From: a virus
Taxonomy: Duplodnaviria; Heunggongvirae; Uroviricota; Caudoviricetes
Virus record (IMG/VR): IMGVR_UViG_2526164690_000014
DNA: 10,106 nucleotides
Direction: 5' to 3' (one strand)
Below are positions 6,310 through 10,106 of the stretch, in pieces. The first letter of the stretch is position 1, and each line of letters opens with the position of its first letter. A program made the translations under genes and the position numbers. The notes under the pieces are model-generated. The model worked only from the letters and a program-made list of their open reading frames with translations. It searched no databases and was not told where the DNA came from.

Positions 6310-6615
6310 ATGGTAACCATTGTCTGGAAAGAATCCAAAGGTACGGCAAAAAGCCGCTACAAAGCTCGCAGAGCAGAACTTATTGCCGAGCGACGCAGTA
6401 ATGAAGCACTGGCGCGAAAAATTGCGCTAAAGCTCTCTGGTTGCGTCAGAGCAGACAAAGCAGCATCACTAGGAAGCCTTTGCTGCAAGAAGAAAGAAGA
6501 AGTTGTTCGAAAAAATAGAAGTATTTATTACAAGGATTCAAACCCATTAGGAAACAAAATACATGCAGTCCAAAAAATAAAATTGTACAGTAAACTACCG
6601 TACGGTGCTTATTGA
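6310..6615 (+). CDS. N: Antitermination protein N, phage 21 type (101 aa)
   Basis: AAGGAGA Shine-Dalgarno 5 nt before the ATG at 6310. N-terminal arginine-rich motif MVTIVWKESKGTAKSRYKARRAELIAERR matches the phage 21 N RNA-binding peptide as recalled. First gene downstream of pL/nutL. Confidence 0.8.
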   Translation: MVTIVWKESKGTAKSRYKARRAELIAERRSNEALARKIALKLSGCVRADKAASLGSLCCKKKEEVVRKNRSIYYKDSNPLGNKIHAVQKIKLYSKLPYGAY

Positions 6616-6617
6616 GT

Positions 6618-6956
6618 ATGCTTATGGTGAAAAAGACTATTTATGTTAATCCTGACCGCGGACAAAACAGAAAAGTATCTGATAGAGGTCTTACATCTCG
6701 AGACAGGAGGAGAATAGCGAGATGGGAAAAGAGGATAGCATATGCATTAAAAAACGGTGTAACACCTGGATTTAATGCTATAGATGACGGTCCTGAATAT
6801 AAGATTAATGAAGACCCAATGGACAAAGTTGACAAAGCATTAGCAACACCATTTCCTCGCGATGTCGAAAAAATTGAAGATGAAAAATATGAGGATGTAA
6901 TGCACAGAGTTGTTAATCACGCTCACCAACGAAATCCAAATAAAAAATGGTCATAG
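6618..6956 (+). CDS. Hypothetical protein (112 aa; basic N-terminal half, acidic C-terminal half), function unknown
   Basis: ORF starts 3 nt after the N stop (ATG at 6618 or 6624; weak Shine-Dalgarno, possible translational coupling). AT-rich, with many AGA/AGG/ATA codons. Translation MLMVKKTIYVNPDRGQNRKVSDRGLTSRDRRRIARWEKRIAYALKNG...EDEKYEDVMHRVVNHAHQRNPNKKWS has no homolog I recognise. Followed directly by an intrinsic terminator. Confidence 0.5.
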   Translation: MLMVKKTIYVNPDRGQNRKVSDRGLTSRDRRRIARWEKRIAYALKNGVTPGFNAIDDGPEYKINEDPMDKVDKALATPFPRDVEKIEDEKYEDVMHRVVNHAHQRNPNKKWS

Positions 6957-6977
6957 CCCACTTCGGTGGGTTTTTTA
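6957..6977 (+). terminator. Rho-independent terminator
   Basis: Stem CCCAC/GTGGG with loop TTCG followed by TTTTTTATT, immediately after the stop codon at 6954-6956. Confidence 0.7.
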
Positions 6978-7089
6978 TTGGCTGAACTAACCTAATTTAT
7001 TACAGCAAGCCACGCAGTGAAATGGGTGTGACTTGTGTTGGTCGCCAGAAAATGAAATTAGGCAGCAAACCACTTATTTGAGGTGAGAT

Positions 7090-7560
7090 ATGACAAAATC
7101 ATGGAGCGTACCTTTTCCTGAATCAGAAACTGAACATGATGGAATGCCTGTTTTCTGGAGATTCCAGGCGACAGTTGAAGAAGATGGGATAAAAATATTC
7201 GCACTTCAATATATAGCTTTTCATCAGACAGAGCATTATGCATGGTTGGTTCCTGCGCATTGGATTGTTAATTTTAAACCAGCACCAAATCAGTGGTTAC
7301 AGGAATGGAAACAAAGGAGAAATAGATATGCAATTAAGAAAGTAGCAAAAAATGCAGAAAGATCTTTTGCATTCCCAACGAAGAAACTTGCTATTGAAAG
7401 TTTATTGCGCCGGAAGAAATACCATTTAATGAGAATAAAACAAGATTTGGCTGTTGTATCAACTCTTGTTGATGGGATGAAAAATATTGATACATCAACA
7501 CCAGATATTGAATATAACTTTGGACACAACCAAGAAACAGAAAATTGGGTATTTTATTAG
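7090..7560 (+). CDS. Hypothetical protein (156 aa), function unknown; stand-alone accessory gene
   Basis: Strong Shine-Dalgarno GAGGTGA 3 nt before the ATG. AT-rich with rare AGA/AGG/ATA codons. Translation MTKSWSVPFPESETEHDGMPVFWRFQATVEEDGIKIFALQYIAFHQTEHYAWLVPAHWIVNFKPAPNQWLQEWKQRRNRYAIKK... has no transmembrane segment and no motif I recognise. Bracketed by intrinsic terminators upstream (6957-6977) and downstream (7664-7691). Confidence 0.6.
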   Translation: MTKSWSVPFPESETEHDGMPVFWRFQATVEEDGIKIFALQYIAFHQTEHYAWLVPAHWIVNFKPAPNQWLQEWKQRRNRYAIKKVAKNAERSFAFPTKKLAIESLLRRKKYHLMRIKQDLAVVSTLVDGMKNIDTSTPDIEYNFGHNQETENWVFY

Positions 7561-7620
7561 TACGAGTAAGCACTGTGTATTCATTCCAACGAGTGAATAC
7601 ACGGAGCAATGTCGCTCGTA
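7561..7620 (+). promoter_or_regulatory. Extended imperfect palindrome immediately after the 7090..7560 stop codon
   Basis: TACGAG...GTGTATTCA-ttccaacgag-TGAATACAC...CTCGTA: a 9-bp perfect inner stem (7575-7583 / 7594-7602) plus a 6-bp outer stem (7561-7566 / 7615-7620). No T-run follows, so it may be a protein-binding site, RNA processing/stability element or rho-dependent signal rather than an intrinsic terminator. Confidence 0.4.
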
Positions 7621-7663
7621 ACTAAACAGGAGCCGACTTGTTCTGATTATTGGAAATCTTCTT

Positions 7664-7691
7664 TGCCCTCTAATGTGAGGGCGATTTTTTT
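7664..7691 (+). terminator. Rho-independent terminator upstream of ea10
   Basis: Stem GCCCTC/GAGGGC with loop TAATGT followed by GATTTTTTTCT. Confidence 0.65.
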
Positions 7692-7709
7692 CTGTGAGGA
7701 TATGAACAG

Positions 7710-8079
7710 ATGTCAAACATCAAAAAATACATCATTGATTACGACTGGAAAACATCAATAGAAATTGAAATCGACCATGACTTAATGACAGAGGAAAAAC
7801 TTACACCAGATTAATAATTTCTGGTCAGACTCTGAATACCGACTCAATAAACACGGCTCTGTATTAAATGCTGTATTAATCATGCTGGCGCAACATGCTC
7901 TGCTTATAGCAATTTCAAGCGACTTAAATGCATATGGTGTTGTGTGTGAGTTCGACTGGAATGATGGAAATGGTCAGGAAGGATGGCCTCCAATGGATGG
8001 TAGCGAAGGAATAAGAATTACCGATATCGATACATCAGGAATATTTGATCCAGATGATATGACTATCAAAGCCGCCTGA
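7710..8079 (+). pseudogene. ea10: Ea10-like protein (lambda ea10/ssb region), interrupted by a +1 frameshift near 7803-7805
   Basis: N-terminal 34 codons MSNIKKYIIDYDWKTSIEIEIDHDLMTEEKLTPD end at a TAA (7812-7814); the remainder ...NNFWSDSEYRLNKHGSVLNAVLIMLAQHALLIAISSDLNAYGVVCEFDWNDGNGQEGWPPMDGSEGIRITDIDTSGIFDPDDMTIKAA continues in the +1 frame. Together they give about 122 aa matching lambda Ea10 as recalled; one extra base in cttAcacc. Confidence 0.65.
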
Positions 8080-8153
8080 GCGCGGCGTTACCGCATACCA
8101 ATTACGCTTCACTCGAGGTCGTTTTTCGTTATGTAATAAATAAGGAGCACACC

Positions 8154-8318
8154 ATGCAATATGCCATTGCAGGGTGGCCTGTTGCTGGCTGCCCTTCCGA
8201 ATCTTTACTTGAACGAATTACCCGTAAATTACGTGACGGATGGAAACGCCTTATCGACATACTTAATCAGCCAGGAGTCCCGAAAAATGGATCAAACAAT
8301 TATGGCTATCCAGACTAA
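8154..8318 (+). CDS. cIII: CIII protein (FtsH/HflB inhibitor, 54 aa)
   Basis: AAGGAG Shine-Dalgarno; [54 protein letters not shown] matches lambda CIII as recalled. Below the size cut-off of the supplied ORF track. Confidence 0.85.
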   Translation: MQYAIAGWPVAGCPSESLLERITRKLRDGWKRLIDILNQPGVPKNGSNNYGYPD

Positions 8319-8508
8319 ATTCACTATCGCCACTTTTATTGGCGATGAAAAGATGTTTCGTGAGGCCGTCGACGCTTATAAAAAATGGATATTAATACAG
8401 AAACTGAGATCAAGCAAAAGCATTCACTACCCCCTTTCCTGTTTTCCTAATCAGCCTGGCATTTCGCGGGCGATATTTTCACAGCCATTTTCAGGAGTTC
8501 AGCCATGA
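8287..8508 (+). CDS. kil: Kil-like host-killing protein, 73 codons here (lambda Kil is 47 aa as I recall)
   Basis: ATG at 8287 inside the cIII 3' end; [47 protein letters not shown] matches lambda Kil, then the frame runs 26 codons further to the gam start. At the lambda kil stop position (about 8428-8430) the sequence reads TAC. The long-form Gam frame from ATG 8385 hits a TAA at 8448-8450. Confidence 0.55.
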   Translation: MDQTIMAIQTKFTIATFIGDEKMFREAVDAYKKWILIQKLRSSKSIHYPLSCFPNQPGISRAIFSQPFSGVQP

Positions 8509-8801
8509 ACGCTTATTACATTCAGGATCGTCTTGAGGCTCAGAGCTGGGCGCGTCACTACCAGCAGATCGCCCGTGAAGAGAAAGAGGCAGAACTGGCA
8601 GACGACATGGAAAAAGGCCTGCCCCAGCACCTGTTTGAATCGCTATGCATCGATCATTTGCAACGCCACGGGGCCAGCAAAAAAGCCATTACCCGTGCGT
8701 TTGATGACGATGTTGAGTTTCAGGAACGCATGGCAGAACACATCCGGTACATGGTTGAAACCATTGCTCACCACCAGGTTGATATTGATTCAGAGGTATA
8801 A
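8505..8801 (+). CDS. gam: Gam (RecBCD inhibitor), short form, 98 aa
   Basis: AGGAG Shine-Dalgarno; [60 protein letters not shown]... matches lambda GamS as recalled. Confidence 0.9.
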   Translation: MNAYYIQDRLEAQSWARHYQQIAREEKEAELADDMEKGLPQHLFESLCIDHLQRHGASKKAITRAFDDDVEFQERMAEHIRYMVETIAHHQVDIDSEV

Positions 8802-8806
8802 AACGG

Positions 8807-9592
8807 ATGAGTACAGCACTCGCAACGCTGGCTGGGAAGCTGGCTGAACGTGTCGGCATGGATTCTGTCGACCCACAGGAACTGATCACCACTCTTCGCC
8901 AGACGGCATTTAAAGGTGATGCCAGCGATGCGCAGTTCATCGCATTGCTGATCGTCGCCAACCAGTACGGCCTTAATCCGTGGACGAAAGAAATTTACGC
9001 CTTCCCTGATAAGCAGAACGGCATCGTTCCGGTGGTGGGCGTTGATGGCTGGTCCCGCATCATCAACGAAAACCAGCAGTTTGATGGCATGGACTTTGAG
9101 CAGGACAATGAATCCTGCACATGCCGGATTTACCGCAAGGACCGTAATCATCCGATCTGCGTTACCGAGTGGATGGATGAATGCCGCCGCGAACCATTCA
9201 AAACCCGCGAAGGCAGAGAAATCACGGGGCCGTGGCAGTCGCATCCCAAACGGATGTTACGTCATAAAGCCATGATTCAGTGTGCCCGTCTCGCCTTCGG
9301 ATTTGCTGGTATCTATGACAAGGATGAAGCCGAGCGCATTGTCGAAAATACCGCATACACTGCAGAACGTCAGCCGGAACGCGACATCACTCCGGTTAAC
9401 GATGAAACCATGCAGGAAATTAACACTCTGCTGATCGCCCTGGATAAAACATGGGATGACGACTTATTGCCGCTCTGTTCCCAGATATTTCGCCGCGACA
9501 TTCGTGCATCGTCAGAACTGACACAGGCCGAAGCAGTAAAAGCTCTTGGATTCCTGAAACAAAAAGCCACTGAACAGAAGGTGGCAGCATGA
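8807..9592 (+). CDS. bet: Bet (Red-beta single-strand annealing recombinase, 261 aa)
   Basis: Full-length ORF MSTALATLAGKLAERVGMDSVDPQELITTLRQTAFKGDASDAQFIALLIVANQYGLNPWTKEIYAFPDKQNGIVPVVGVDGWSR... matches lambda Bet as recalled; its stop overlaps the exo ATG. Confidence 0.95.
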   Translation: MSTALATLAGKLAERVGMDSVDPQELITTLRQTAFKGDASDAQFIALLIVANQYGLNPWTKEIYAFPDKQNGIVPVVGVDGWSRIINENQQFDGMDFEQDNESCTCRIYRKDRNHPICVTEWMDECRREPFKTREGREITGPWQSHPKRMLRHKAMIQCARLAFGFAGIYDKDEAERIVENTAYTAERQPERDITPVNDETMQEINTLLIALDKTWDDDLLPLCSQIFRRDIRASSELTQAEAVKALGFLKQKATEQKVAA

Positions 9593-10106
9593 CACCGGAC
9601 ATTATCCTGCAGCGTACTGGGAATCGACGTGAGAGCTGTCGAACAGGGAGATGATGCGTGGCACAAATTACGGCTCGGCGTCATCACAGCTTCAGAAATT
9701 CACAACGTAATAGCAAAACCCCGATCAGGAAAGAAGTGGCCTGACATGAAAATGTCCTACTTCCACACCCTGCTGGCTGAGGTTTGCACCGGTGTGGCTC
9801 CGGAAGTTAACGCTAAGGCTCTGGCCTGGGGAAAACAGTACGAGAACGACGCCAGAACCCTCTTTGAGTTCACTTCCGGCGTGAATGTTACTGAATCCCC
9901 GATCATCTATCGCGACGAAAGTATGCGCACCGCCTGCTCTCCCGATGGTTTATGCAGTGACGGCAACGGCCTTGAACTGAAATGCCCGTTTACCTCCCGG
10001 GATTTCATGAAATTCCGGCTCGGTGGTTTCGAGGCCATAAAATCGGCTTACATGGCCCAGGTGCAGTACAGCATGTGGGTGACACGAAAAGATGCCTGGT
10101 ACTTTG
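9589..10106 (+). pseudogene. exo: Exo (Red-alpha 5'-3' exonuclease), 5' portion; +1 frameshift at codon 12 (about 9622-9623); runs off the window end
   Basis: ATG 9589 gives [11 protein letters not shown] then reads [10 protein letters not shown] and stops at 9652-9654. The +1 frame from 9650 reads [74 protein letters not shown]...[18 protein letters not shown] to the window end, near-identical to lambda Exo. One extra A in ctGGGAATCG. Confidence 0.8.

Noticed and set aside
6207-6401. 64-aa plus-strand ORF, and the 6280 ATG as an N start
   Set aside because: 6207..6401 overlaps nutL and the N start in another frame. The ATG at 6280 lacks a ribosome-binding site, whereas 6310 has AAGGAGA at the right spacing and begins the conserved arginine-rich motif.
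6641-7716. Minus-strand ORFs (6641..6835, 7058..7243, 7290..7529, 7391..7609, 7495..7716)
   Set aside because: All are antisense to the two accessory ORFs in an AT-rich segment where stop-free frames arise by chance; no start signals; the plus-strand genes have terminators and ribosome-binding sites.
8161-8286. 5' part of the 115-aa track ORF 8161..8508
   Set aside because: Upstream of 8287 this frame overlaps cIII in another frame; the conserved Kil sequence begins at the ATG at 8287.
8533-9687. Alternative-frame and antisense ORFs over gam, bet and exo (8533..8847, 8689..8961, 8768..9244, 9042..9275, 9370..9687, 9420..9602)
   Set aside because: Overlap the clearly identified gam, bet and exo frames; GC-rich regions produce long chance ORFs.
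1-10106. CRISPR arrays, tRNA/rRNA genes, attachment sites
   Set aside because: No regularly spaced direct repeats, no tRNA-like cloverleaf candidates and no integrase or att core were found; the window lies wholly inside the prophage early region.

Overview
This window is the early region of a mosaic lambdoid prophage, probably enterobacterial (E. coli-like), and it looks defective. All homology calls are from reading the six-frame translations against remembered phage proteins; no database search was run. On the minus strand (rightward pR operon, read right to left) lie cro, a P22 C1/CII-like activator, a lambda-type O gene split by a complete 1329-bp IS10 with 9-bp target duplications, then P, ren, a tR2-like terminator, a small membrane protein, a NinB-like gene, a phage Dam-like methyltransferase and ninE. 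On the plus strand (leftward pL operon) lie a P22/phage-21-type repressor, pL/OL, nutL, a phage-21-type N, two unrecognised AT-rich accessory ORFs (6618-6956 and 7090-7560), then ea10, cIII, kil, gam, bet and the start of exo. Six single-base frameshifts interrupt otherwise conserved genes (methyltransferase, ninB, O twice, ea10, exo); this is either genuine decay of a cryptic prophage or homopolymer sequencing error. The best candidates for something undescribed are the two accessory ORFs between N and ea10, the slot where lambda carries sieB and ral. No tRNA, rRNA or CRISPR array was seen.
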